Below the pieces are notes generated by a model, which saw nothing but the letters and a program-made list of their open reading frames with translations, searched no databases and had not been told where the DNA came from. Made by a program: the position numbers and the translations under genes. Source: Tubiluchus corallicola (Eukaryota > Animalia > Priapulida). Taken from it: a stretch of DNA of 64,000 nt. The stretch is from positions 496,001 through 560,000 of the forward strand of contig JAQGDQ010000053.1 of assembly GCA_030141605.1 (NCBI GenBank). Direction: 5' to 3'. Within the stretch, counting starts at the first letter, position 1. Each line of letters starts with the position of its first letter. Shown here piece by piece: positions 48,301-61,000 of this stretch.

Positions 48301-49788
48301 TTGTGCGTATTGGAATAACACCAACAGCGATGTTGAAAATATAATCAGATCGTGCCAAATCTGCCAAAAGTCTCAGCGATCTCAGCAGGCAGAGCCACTC
48401 ATGCAACACGAGATTCCTACTGACCCCTGGCAAGTCATAGGAACTGACTTGTTCTATCTGAATGGTGAAAACTTCCTGCTTCTATGTGACTATTATTCAA
48501 AGTTTCCCATTGTCAAACACATTCATGGAAAATGCACAAGTCAAGCCATTGTTGATCTTACAAAGAGTGTATTCTCTGAACATGGGATACCAGACAAGAT
48601 CATCAGCGATAATGGCCGACACTTCGATAGTGAAGCTTACCGTTCTTCATTTAAGAAGGAATGGGGTCTTGATCATATCACCTCATGTCCTCGATATGCG
48701 CAATCAAATGGTTTTATTGAACGGTTCAAACTGTCAAAAATACACTTGTCAAAGCTCACAAAGCTGGAGTAGACCCTGATATGGCTATGCTAATCTTACG
48801 TGCTATGCCAGATGATCATCATCTTCCTTCACCAGCAGAAATGCTAAACAGACAGAAGTTAAAAACCAATGTTCCTACTAAGATACCTTATCTATCTCGC
48901 GAAAGCTCTGATATCAGCAAGCCAAGCAAATTGGATATTATGACAAGAAAGGGGCTGCTAACCATGAGCTACCACCACTGTCACTTGGTCAGCATGTACG
49001 TGTACAAGATCAAGCTATTCGTGAAGCAAAAAATACTGAGGAATTTCAAGACAACTCGTCAGAAACACCAAATTCTTCACCAGTTTCCAACCCATCAGTG
49101 TGTCTCAGCAGGCAAACGATACAAACAAGTGCAATTTTCCAATGAAACTGAGCGAGTTCTGCATACCAGTCCAACAAGACCAGCAACAGATACTTCGAAA
49201 CAGGATATACACAAGCAAGCAGATAAACAAGACACCGTGACAGTGTACAAGACAAGAGCAGGACGAACAATAATGAAACCTCGGAGACTTGATTTGTAGT
49301 GTCTCAGATATTTATTTTATGTTCTTTACAACATTATGTACAAGTATATGCATCAGTGTGTTACCCATAATATTTTGAGTAATTACTTTGAGTACATTTT
49401 ACCTATATTTGCATTACAGTTGCAGAAGTGACAGAATTAGTATGTTAATTGCTGCAATTTGATATTATACTATCTATAATAAAATGTTGCAAAGAAGCAG
49501 CTAATGAAAAGTGAGTCAGTTAGTGTTCTATTCCAATTCAGAGAATTTCGAATGTTAAACTTTCATCAATTATAATTAGCATTTCAAACTTGTGAACAAA
49601 GGGGATGTAACGTTATCAATATAGTATTAGTAGCCTGGTACAAATATAGTTCCCATATGTGAACAGGCCTTTAGGTATGATTGTGCACTTGGATTCGAGC
49701 TGTGTGGACGTAAATTATGTCTTCTGATTTAAGTTCACTAAACCCTTTGATCACATATAAATATCATGTTCTAGTATATAACATTACA
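45354..49788 (+). mobile_element. Degenerate Ty3/Gypsy LTR retrotransposon (Mag-like), gag-PR-RT-RH-IN, with many frameshifts and stops
   Basis: Gag knuckles CSKCGLKHGRKCPAWGSRCHKC..C; protease KVDTGAQGNVLP; RT LRVCLDP, FSKLDARHGYW, TTFNSPFGRYRFLR, ISDDIAVHG; RNase H QVDASMKGLGAVL, YANIEHEMLAV, LADALSR; integrase HQGIEK..CQIC, WQVIGTDLF, ISDNG, QSNGFIER; terminal TRAGRTIMKPRRLDL*. Integrase follows RNase H, the Gypsy order. Confidence 0.95.
49606..49788 (+). repeat. Putative 3' LTR (183 bp) of the Gypsy element
   Basis: Purine tract AAAGGGGA immediately before TGTAACGTTAT. Ends in ATAACATTACA, giving a 10/11 terminal inverted repeat with TG...CA ends. Confidence 0.75.
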
Positions 49789-50649
49789 CCATGTTTGGGA
49801 TTTAATATCCAATCAGTTTATCATTAGACAATACACAAACAGTCAGACATAAACAATAAATTAATTACCTATTACTATCAGTTCACAGTCACATAAATTA
49901 ACTTCATCGTGTAAATTAAAGAGCGCTACAGCAGTAAGTTGCGTCTTCCAACTACAACCCGACACAAATCAATTTGATTCCGCTCAAAACATTTTGCTTT
50001 TCGCTAGCAACATTTCGCCAGTGACAGAAATCTTTAACTGTACATGGGCTTCCTTAACCCTGATCTTACCAACACCAAAGAATACAAACCACAGAAAGGA
50101 GGGAATACTACTGCGCAATAGTTCGCGCAGTTAGTGTCGCCCTAGCGGCCGTTCAGTACGGACTTGTTGTTGTCAGGTACGCAACAGCGCAGGCTGTGGG
50201 TACTGTAGCAGATGAATTGATGAGACCATCAAAACCAGCCCGGTTAACAGGCGCTCATAAATTGCTCAGCAGTGAGTTGCAAAAACACAAATAAAAATAT
50301 CTTTTAAATTTCGCAAGGATGCAGCCAGGTAAATATAATAAAATGTTAATTATAACACAGTTTTGAAACTTTTGTTACTAGTTAAATATTTTGTACGCTA
50401 AGCGAAGACTGCAAGGCCTGCATCTCTCTTTGGCGATTTATAGCAGCTGTTATATTTTTGAATATTATTTAAAGCAAGCGTAAGGCATTAAGAATAATTT
50501 GTAGTTAAAATAAAAATTATTACAATCATATCTCATAAAAATTAATAGGCTTATTTACAAAAGAAGTTAAGAAAGTTGATCAAAAAGAAAGTTTGCAAAT
50601 ACCTGGCTCATGTAGTATTCGATTTCTGGAGAAATATTTTTTCTAAAAA

Positions 50650-51926
50650 ACATTTCTATTTCATATGTTCTTATCAGGAAATATAACTTGAAGAAATATT
50701 AGGCCTGACTTTCATGTGTAATACCTTTCATAGAAAAAAATTCGATTTTTTCAGAAGAGCAAATAATTTTCCAGAACAAAACTTAATCTAAGCATCTGCA
50801 TGTTTTGTTAATTCCAAGTTAAAAAATGTTTAAAAAGAATATAATCATACATTGGCCTTTGTTATGAGTTGGAGTTAGTTATAAAATTACGTTGAACAAG
50901 CAGAGATGCATTTACGACATTACTCCTCTTTTTTATTATCAGTGAACAAAAAATAAATGAAGGAAACATCAGAGCTGTCATCCTAAGCAGCCGACATAAC
51001 TTCCACCTCTATAACAACCAACTAACTATGTCAAAACCTAGTTAAAGAATTCAGGCGAGAAGCATAAATTAGAATCTGCACGCGTGTCATAATACCTTAT
51101 AATATCATGTGCAGACATTACTTATATTTGGCCTAATTTTTTAAGATTCAGTTAGGCTTACATCAAAATAAATGTTCATTAAATACAGTTTGCTTACGTG
51201 TAAAAAATGTACTTGTATAATGTTCTTTTGTTTTGTTTATTAATTAGACTCTTTAGTATTATTTTAATGCATGTACTTTGCAGCTTGATTCAGTTCCCTA
51301 TTTGAAAGTTTATTTAAATTTCTGTTTGGCTAGCTTGCTTTTCATTTTATTTAGTTTGTTTTTTATTATTTTTATTTAGTATTATTGTTATTATTTTGCA
51401 TGTTATTCTCATATTCAGTTATGCATGGACGATATGACAGCTTGAATTTGGTCATTTTTTTGCACTAATGTTTTTCTTTTGCTAATAGGTACCATTACGA
51501 CCTTTGTTACTTTATTAGTAAGGTATAAATCAATTTAAACGAAATTATTCATTCATCGCAGCCTATATCAAAATCGTAATTACGTATTATGTTTTCCTTA
51601 TGGTTCCTTGCTATTTATTACATCATTTACTTTATTTCAAAATTATTTCAATATTTATATCAAAATCGTAATTGCATATTATGTTTTTCTTATGTTTCCT
51701 TGCTATTATTACATCATTTACTTTATTACATCAATTTCATTGAGTCATCTACAAAAGCATGCATATCTTTAATAATTTTTTCACTTTCATTTAAGTAAGG
51801 TGAGTGTGTTAATGACCGTATGGTCGTACACTCACCTCACACTACTCAAATCATTTTACTTATTGTTTATTTATGTGTACAATATTGTATTTTGATGTGT
51901 GAAATAAAATTCATAGTTCATAGTTC
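50650..51926 (+). mobile_element. Very decayed 3' end of a CR1/L2-like LINE
   Basis: T-rich 3'UTR-like tract, stem-loop at 51798-51837, AATAAA at 51903 followed by (TTCATAG)2. Faint ORF2 C-terminus-like remnants near 51120-51220. The 5' limit is a guess. Confidence 0.35.
51568..51725. repeat. ~92-bp-period tandem duplication
   Basis: TCAAAATCGTAATT..TATTATGTTTT.CTTATG.TTCCTTGCTA..TTACATCATTTACTTTATT occurs twice. Confidence 0.85.
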
Positions 51927-54900
51927 CGTCTTTCTTTTAACTCTCTCTCTCTCTCCCTCTCTTTTTCTCTAAGAGAGGGAGGGAGAGAAAAATCAATAAA
52001 TCAATGAAAAATGCATAACTTTTTTACATAGTAGGCAGCCCATCACGCAATCAGCTAGCCTCTTTCCTCAGGAAAAACAATAAAATTTACTTACAAGAAA
52101 ACTGAACAGGCATTTGCAAGTACATAATACAAACTTATTGCTACAATTTTTTTTCCTTTTCATGAAATGTTTTCAGTTTTTTTAAACTAATAATTGCTTT
52201 TAATTGAGATATACTTCTTTTATTAAAAACGCAAAAGTGATTTTGGCTTATCAAAATTGCACGTATGCCAACACTACTGCTGAACTTAATAATATTATTA
52301 TTACAGTCAATGCGGCGCTCCAAATTTTTTACTGATTCGCCGTTTGATGCCGCCAGCATAGCCGCTAATCGCAAAAATGAAATACGTAACAATATATTTC
52401 GTCACTTCCTCTTTATACACTTTGCCAACACTGTTTACATACAAATACTACCGACTGGAGTCTAATTAGACCCTAATTTAAAATTGGGCCAGCAAATGAA
52501 ATATTGCTGTTACTATTAATGGATGTGTTTTTTTGTAGAATTGATCTAAATTCTAGGTTATCTATTCTAAGTTGTAGAAAAAATGTATACTGAATGCAAT
52601 CAAAGGCAAAGTTAATGAATATCATCGGCATCATAAAAATTATGCCCATTACGTATATTGAGGACTTTGGGCCGTACTTCTAAAATAGAGGAAATCTGCC
52701 CGCAAGACGTACACACAGCAAAAAACTAGACACGTGTTATGTTATGTGTGTAGCATGAAGATGTGACTGCTCTGTACCCACACAAATAAACAAAAATGGG
52801 GGAGTTCATAATACAAGATTCTTTATTGAAGTTTGGTGTGGAACAAGAGAGAGACGCACGTGTATATTGATTGTATTGATTGCTCGATCATTGTTGCGCC
52901 TACTGCGCCTGCTCAATTGCCACTTAACATGCTATGCAGTGGTTTGTCAGCACCCCTTCCGAGCTTGAATGAATATGATGTAGTTCAAATCATATAAATG
53001 TAAAACTAACTAAAAATTAAGTAAATTTTTTGTAAATTTAAAAGGTGTGAAATTATTATTGGCACAGAATACATATATTCTAGCTGATATATCACTACAT
53101 AGCAACATAAATGTTATAATTATGAATTTTTACAATAACTGTGATTCAGTGTTTAGGCAGGCAATATGTCTGAGTCTTCCATGTCAAATATGTCATTAGA
53201 CTCAAAAGTAGCATTTAGAACCTCTGCATCGGTATAGCAGGCTGTTCTTTTACTGTCTGCTATTATTCACTAAAAATAATTGCGAAAAATACCACACACC
53301 TATGTCAAGATTATTAGTGTAACTTGGGGTCTGATCAATAAGAATGTCTTGAAACTTGATATAAATTTGCAGCAAAAAATGCAATAAATGCACTAGGATT
53401 TTTTAATAGAGTAACTCCTTATTTCATTTATAAATTTCTTTTATCCACAAAAATAATTACCTACGTGAGTCCATTGGATCAGTAGGATTAAGGTCATCAT
53501 AATTAAAATAAATAATAAGCCATTAGAACTTCTTAGAATTTTTTTGAAGTTCAAAGTTATGTGTACAGTATTATAAACTATAATAATTTAATATGTGTTA
53601 GGTTATCAAAGTATAACTTAAGGCCTTTGCTAAAATTTTATTAGTAATTTACTATGGACTATAAAGTTTTAATGTCTTCAACACTCCACAGTCTGCATTT
53701 CAGGTATGATACCATTACCAACTCCTTTGCCTAGTTTAATGTTGTTTAAAAGGTTCTTGCAATCCATCCACTTCAATTATTTCTACTAAAGTACCTTTCA
53801 GCATTATCCGAAGGGTCAAAGTCTAAATTGGCCTCAAACAAAATTGTCAGAGTTAACTGCGTGTGTACCTGTAATGGGATTCACCATTGACTTAGTAGTG
53901 ATTGTAAAGTGCCGACTGCTATTATTAATTGCTCAAATCACAGTCATCGAAAACAAAATGTGGATTATACTTCAAGCATGTTTATATGTAGAAAAGTAAA
54001 TGCAACTGAAATCTAATACACGGAAGCCCAAGAAACATTTAAATAGAACTGGCACTGCAGGAATTGTTATGGTATATTGCAGACTTTTATTGAAGTTCTG
54101 TCTACTCAGTACATTTATACAGTGTTTCAAAGATTTGTGTGAACTACTCAGCTAAGCAATAAATAAAGCCAATAAGAAATCATTTACATGGAATATAAGT
54201 TAAGCAGAAATGAGCAACGTCATTTTTGACAAGAATTATAAAATATAGTGGTAAGTGAAAATATGTATGTCCTGCTTAACAACGCGAGAGACACACCTAC
54301 CACCACAGGTTTAAAATGATTTTACAAAAGCACTGAAATGCATTTCTATGGGCAAAAATCTATTTTTCTACTTCAAATAAATCAAATATTTTGAACTTCC
54401 TCACACCGCTACATTATTTGCTACAATGATAGAAATTTCTATACTAGTACTTTAATTTTACTATATGAACTACACACATGGTGTGATAATTACTGATGAA
54501 TTACTGGTACGACGATTTTAAAACAACTAATTTTAACAAAACCCAAATTTCAAACATTAATTTTCTAGGTTGAACCTAGCCAAGTTTGTTGCATTTTGTG
54601 AATTACCTTTTGTGAAACGGCTAACATTGATAAGTTAAGAAGCTCTTTCTCTTTCTTGCTCTCCTCTTCACTCTCCCAACCATTCTCTTTTAGCACTCCC
54701 TCTCTCCCCCTCATTCCTCATTTATCTCTCTCTCTCCCAAGTCTCCTTAAGTTTTTAAGGAGATTTACCGTAATTACAATTAACTATTTACTCTATGATG
54801 AAAATGTGAGCTATGTTAAGGTTAAACAAATAAAAATGCCATGGGCATAATAAACTGACTTAACCACCTATAGTAAGAACATGATTTTTACCTGAAGTTA

Positions 54901-55046
54901 CTGGCAATGCACATTAGGTAGATAAATAAAATATAATTATACATATGTATATATTCTATTGTACCATTAAGTCTTGATTTTAATAAATAAAATAAAAAAT
55001 ATAGAAAATCATTTAACTTTTCTTCAATAGTAGCAAAACAATAGTC

Positions 55047-58000
55047 TCATTTCTTGTTTTCACTCGATGATTGAAATCCATTTTCTGACTCAGATTTTTC
55101 AACCAAAAATGAAACGATGCAGTCTATGTTTTCTGGAGAGCTTAGTGGCAGATCCTGATACAAATATGACAACAGTTTATGTACATCAGTACGCAACTGT
55201 GACAATTTCTCTTTAATACACTTCTCCTTAGACAACTGTAACCCATCAAGATCAGTCTGTGTTGTTTTCACATTAACTTCTGCTTTTGGACAAGGTTTCT
55301 CAGTGCTACTCCCTTGTCTTACAAAAGATGGCAATGCAGCTAAGGATGAGGACAGTTTTGCACTTTTGTCTTCATTATCCTCATCATCACTGTCAATAAC
55401 AATTACATCACATTTTTCTGACTTAAATGGAATGAGATGGTTAATTTTAGAAAGGCATGGCTCTTCTATTCTTGGTATCGTCTCTTCTTTTATCGTCTGA
55501 CAGTGTTTATTACATGTCTCGACAGCATCAACTTGCACACCTACATTGGTATAACATTTTGTTTCTTGAACAGAACTGCTGGTGCAAGCCACATCTGTGT
55601 TTTCGGGATGAACATGTTCAGGTTCAACCTTACAAACAGTTTGTGTGTCGGTATTGCTGACAGCAAAAGAAGTATTTGAAACAGACACTGGTTCATTAAT
55701 TTCATTATTTTGTTCAATTTTGACTGTGCTGATTGGCCATGCCGTTGAAACAGAATGAACTTCTGCTGCTACAGGAGAAACCTAAAATTAAAAACCCGAA
55801 TTAAAATTAAAAATTCTGAAATCACAATCAATATAATAAATGATACTCTCTGTTCAGCTATTATAGCAAATGCAAAAGAAATAGCTCTAGCAATAAAAAT
55901 GAATACCTCTTAAACCACTTGTTTTATTTTCATACATTTTTGGTATTTTGCAATTTGACAAACACCAGTAAGTTTTGAAAACCTTCAACTAAAAGGTTAA
56001 AGGTCACTTGGTCAATTTCTTTTTCATAGTACTCACAACAAGCCATGCAGCAATTGCTTTTACCTGTGAAAGTTAAATAAACATTCGTATTTCAAATATC
56101 TTAAAATATGTGCACAATTGAACGTAATGCGAAATAAGTAATTTAAGCACTAAACAGCCAAACTAAGATTAAGATACGTAGAACAGTCACGAAAGAAATG
56201 AATACCCGAGTAGGTTGACTATCATCAATTTCAACATTTGTGAATAGATTTGAAGTGGGCTTTTTATCTACAGGCTCACTGTCAATTATGAAGCAGTCAT
56301 TGGAGCCCTAAAAAACAAAAATTAATAATTCAGAATAGCTATTGACTAATTAATAATTTTCTTTAAAATAGTAATCATGAAATGTTAAAAAACTAATTAT
56401 ATTGACAATCGATATAAATAACCATTATAGGCATTAACATTCACTAACCAAAATAATCATCACACTATAGTTTTTCAGTAAATTGTAGAGCATTTGTGTA
56501 CACTTACATGTAATTATTGCTTACAAATTTCAGTTGTATTATTTTGAGAAAAACATCAGTAATAATGGTTGAAAGTGAAAATCAGCCTACAAGAAGCCAA
56601 GTTGTTCACTTTAAACAGCTGGGTAAGTTAGACAGTGCTCCCAAAAAAACTAGCCGAATTCACATGTAACATCCAGATAAGTACTATGTTTCTGTCATTT
56701 CTCCCTAAACATATGTCACAACAAACACAACATTAATATTTGTAAAATGAAGTTAAAATCCTTTGATTAATGTGTGTACAAAATGTAATGAGTTTTAACA
56801 AAAATTCTAAAAACCTCTGAATTCCCCGCATTTTGATCACCATTGCAAGTGCTGGATTGTGCATATGTTTTCTGATACTTGTTTGGTATGGGATCCGAGT
56901 TTGGAAAAGGACCATTCTTCTTATTCAGTGCAGGAAGTAGAATTCTTAAAGAAGTTCTTGTACACTAAAGTAACAACAAAAATGTTCAATGAACCACTAA
57001 TCTTTATGGTTGCTGGACGAATAATATTTCACATTTGTTCTTCCATTTTAGCCTAAAACTGACAAATGACAAGGGGTCAGGTTCAAAGTTCAATTGCGAT
57101 CTGAGTGAATCTCTGGTAGCACATGCTTTTGGAGAGGAAATATCGCAGTTCATTACTGTAGAAAAAACACAATATGTTAAATCCTCAGTTAACGACTCAT
57201 CATTTGGAACAAATAATAACTAGCTCAATCAGTTTGCTTTCATTAGCTAGTCAAGAGTGATAGCTAGAAATACCTACTTAATAAAAAATAAATAAATGAA
57301 ACTTAAATTTTATTTAGTCGTCAATATCATCCTATAAAAACAAAAATAACATTATTACTTACATTAACACCATCATTTGCTTGAAATCGCTTAATTTCTT
57401 CTGCTAGTTTTTTCTTTTGTTGACTTATCTGTGCCAACAAATTGGCTTGCATTCTAAATTAAATTAAATGCATTTTTAATAATGGCCTTGCAGCTAAGTA
57501 CCTACTGCAGTTCTCTAGATAGACAGATTCCAAACAGGACAACTCACTGTTGTTTCCAGACGTATGCACCGAAAAAAATCAGTCTCAGTAAAAAAGTAGT
57601 AAACAAATTTATTGTAGCAGTATGTTAACGTACTTAGAAATAAAATATGTTTGCAAGCTTGTACCATCCCCACTGTCACACTATGAAACACTATCAAATG
57701 AGAATACTACAACAGTGTTGTGTATCCATAAGCAAAAATAAAGAGATGGTTAACAACCTGGTGAAGGATTTCCCGAAATATCGCTATTATTAATAAACCT
57801 TGTCGAGATTAACTATCTCTTTAGAATATCATAGTGTTACACATAATGTTATTTTACGTGCGAAAGTTGTCCAATATTTAATAAGTACGTTGTATTTTCA
57901 TGACAAATAGTAACTACATTATCAAACTCAGATGCACAAAGTTATTTCCTGTGATGCTATTTATACACTAAGAATGAGCACATCAACCCAAGCAACATAC

Positions 58001-61000
58001 TTATTAACATTGAGAAATACATACCGAATTTGTTTCGCATTTTCTTCCATACTCAGTTTCAACTCTGTCAGCTCTGTGGGAAGCAAAGGTTCTGTCTGCG
58101 ATAGCTGAAATATGACACATCTACATTGCGAACACTCAGCACAATGTATTGAATTGGTTTCACAGTTTTATATTATCCTGAGTTCACATATTAGTTGATG
58201 ATTATTACAAAAGAAATTTGCTAACATGTCTTACAATCACACAAATTTTGTAATGCAATAAATGTCAGAAATACTCAGTTATTCTTAGGCATGCACAACT
58301 GTAATGTATCAGAAGTGACACAGTAACTAGTGAAACTCTTACTAAAAAAATAACTTCAACACATCAAAACAAAGCACATACTGTGTCACACTCCAGGTCA
58401 GTAAAAAAGCAGTCAATAGTTATAATGAATGGGTGCAGAAAATCAATAAAAATATAATAAATGCAAAATGTGTAACATGCATTGCAACCGCGTTTAGAAA
58501 ATTTATTTAAATTATTACCTGCTGTTGTCTTTCTTGTTCGGTCACTAAGACTGCTTGCTCTTCACGTAATTTTTCTTCTTGAACACTAAGTTCAGATTCA
58601 CGTATTTTTAACTAAATAACACAAAACAAAATCATTGAGCTCACCACTTTCGTCATAGCAAACAATACAAATAGCAGATTTTATGAACAATACAGATAGT
58701 GGAGTTTATGAAGTGAACACAATTTATCTACAATAATATTTCGACTTGCTATCATCTTCTTACCTATTGGAATTGGTTTCCTTCCAAATTGTCGAGAGTG
58801 GTGACAGGTAGTTGATCTAGTCTACTGGCACACAATTCAAGTTGACATGAAATGTAATTTGTGAGTTGAATATTTTGTTTTGTGAGTTACAAGTGCCAAA
58901 TTTCGAGTGGCAATATGTAAGTGACTAAGTACTCTAATTAAGTAGCTTTTTTGCTTTGTTTTTTTTTGAAGAATTATGACTGAATTAGTAGTTTACCTTG
59001 ATCATACTTCCATTTTTGAAAAAACCTAACTGTTGTAGTTTAGTACTATAAAGAAAATGACAATTGTTGGATATTAAACAAATTTGAGTCTTATTGGAGT
59101 TTAAATGCAGTAAAAACGAACATCTTCACCTTCACAAGAAACAGTTTAACAATCGCCCCAGAACATACATTAATATTATTCTTGTTGAATTACAACACAT
59201 GCGATTGGTGAGACAAACATTGCAGAGGAGTGAATTACGAAACACAAGAATATGTGCAAATAAAGTTTGGATTCTTAACAGTGGTGGAACTTTCAAATAA
59301 TAAATTATTCAAATATTCCTGGAAATTTTTTTCAAAATAACTGAATATTCGATCACAAGATATTTTTTCATGCTCATAAATTTACGCACAAATAAGTAAC
59401 TCCTTGCTGAGCTGGAACAATGAATTTACATGAACCTACACTTTTGTCTGGACTGAACTGCAGTGTAAATGTCTCTGACACGTTTGCATTATTCTTTTCA
59501 ACATTTTCTCATGCACCAAGCACTTTTAATGCCATAACAACAACTAAATATGTACAGTACACAAACTTCCTAATAATTACTTGGGCACTGAGCTAGCTGT
59601 ACAATGACTGCTTTTCTGCCAAACGGGTGTAAAGATGGCAGACTGTTTTATATAATGCTAGTAATGATGAGACAATAATGCCGGCTCAGTGCCAAGGTTT
59701 TTTTGCCTGTAAATGAACTGGCGCCATTTAGCATGTGACTAATAGAATATATATATAGGATAATCGAACAGTATTTTACTGTTCGAATAGTAAAAAAAAC
59801 ATTTGAAGCTTCAAATGATTAATTATTTGTGCACAGTCTTAATTCTTAATGCTTTTTACCTCTCTATACTGTGCATCGATTTGCTCTTCACGTCGTCTCT
59901 TAAACGTTTTCTTATTTTTTCGAATTTGTGCTTCACCTTCACTTTCTTGTTCTTCTGGCGCATCGCAAGAACTACATACAACGTTTACATGTATCAGGTT
60001 AGAAACACAAAACGATATGTAAAAATACTCCTTTAATATGCACTACAGATATATGTACATATCCAACTGTCCAATTACATGTACAGAAGCATCAGCTTTT
60101 CTCGGTGTAAATAAGTGACATAAAGTTACTGTATAAATTGTCTAAATACAATTATTAACAAGTCCTATTGAATTGTTTAAAAAATAGTTACTTAAAAGAT
60201 TTGTATAATTAATCAGTTTCTACAAGCCAACACAAAACTAGTAAAAAAGAAGAATTGCCTTGGCAATGAGCTTACTTGTGTTTTGGATCGGGATTCATAA
60301 AGCAGTACCACTTTTCTGGAAGTGTTTTTGGATCAACAGGAGGAGGCGGAAGTCGCCTCCATTTCAAGCAGCTACTGTTATCACACATTGCCCATGTAGA
60401 CTCAATTCTGGCAAAATATATAAAAGTGACAACTGTGTATTAAAAATACGTAAGGAAATCCCTTAAACATTTTTTTCTCATTTAGATAGCAAACTGTTTT
60501 GCTCATTTAAACAATTAATTGATTAAGTTAATGGTTTTAGTCAAAAACTTCACTACATTTTGTCACCTATCTTGCAATCTACCTTTAGCTCAATCGCAAA
60601 CCATATATAATACATAAACCTTACATTCGTTCATTTGCTGATGTTCCAGGAGGCCGAGTATCTTCTTCTTCCATTTTGGTTTCTTTCCAATAGTCATTAA
60701 GCTTTTGACTGAGTGAAAACATACATGCGCTGGAGAGCAAAAATAAAATATGCTAATTTGCTAATGTAATTATTACTTTTGTCACACAGTAAAAGCATTG
60801 CTGTGATTATTGAGTATTTCCCTAAAACTTTTTTTCAAGAATTATTTGGACAAATGGAAAAACTAGCATATCATTTACGAGGATGAAGCTTCTGAGTTTC
60901 ACCCCTTGAACCAGGTCCAGGTTAAAAAAGTGGCCACCTTTAGCTACTTTCACAAACGGCACTTCCATACAGCTTATCACATATGCATTTACCTGATGTG

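Noticed and set aside
50134-50152. CTCF-like motif GTGTCGCCCTAGCGGCCG
   Set aside because: Several mismatches in the core; it cannot be supported without a matrix scan or ChIP data.
56990-57155. Apparent extra MORC exon after a strong acceptor (TTTTTTCTACAG)
   Set aside because: The required phase 0 starts with TAA TGA and the other frames also stop. The flanking exons join in frame without it.
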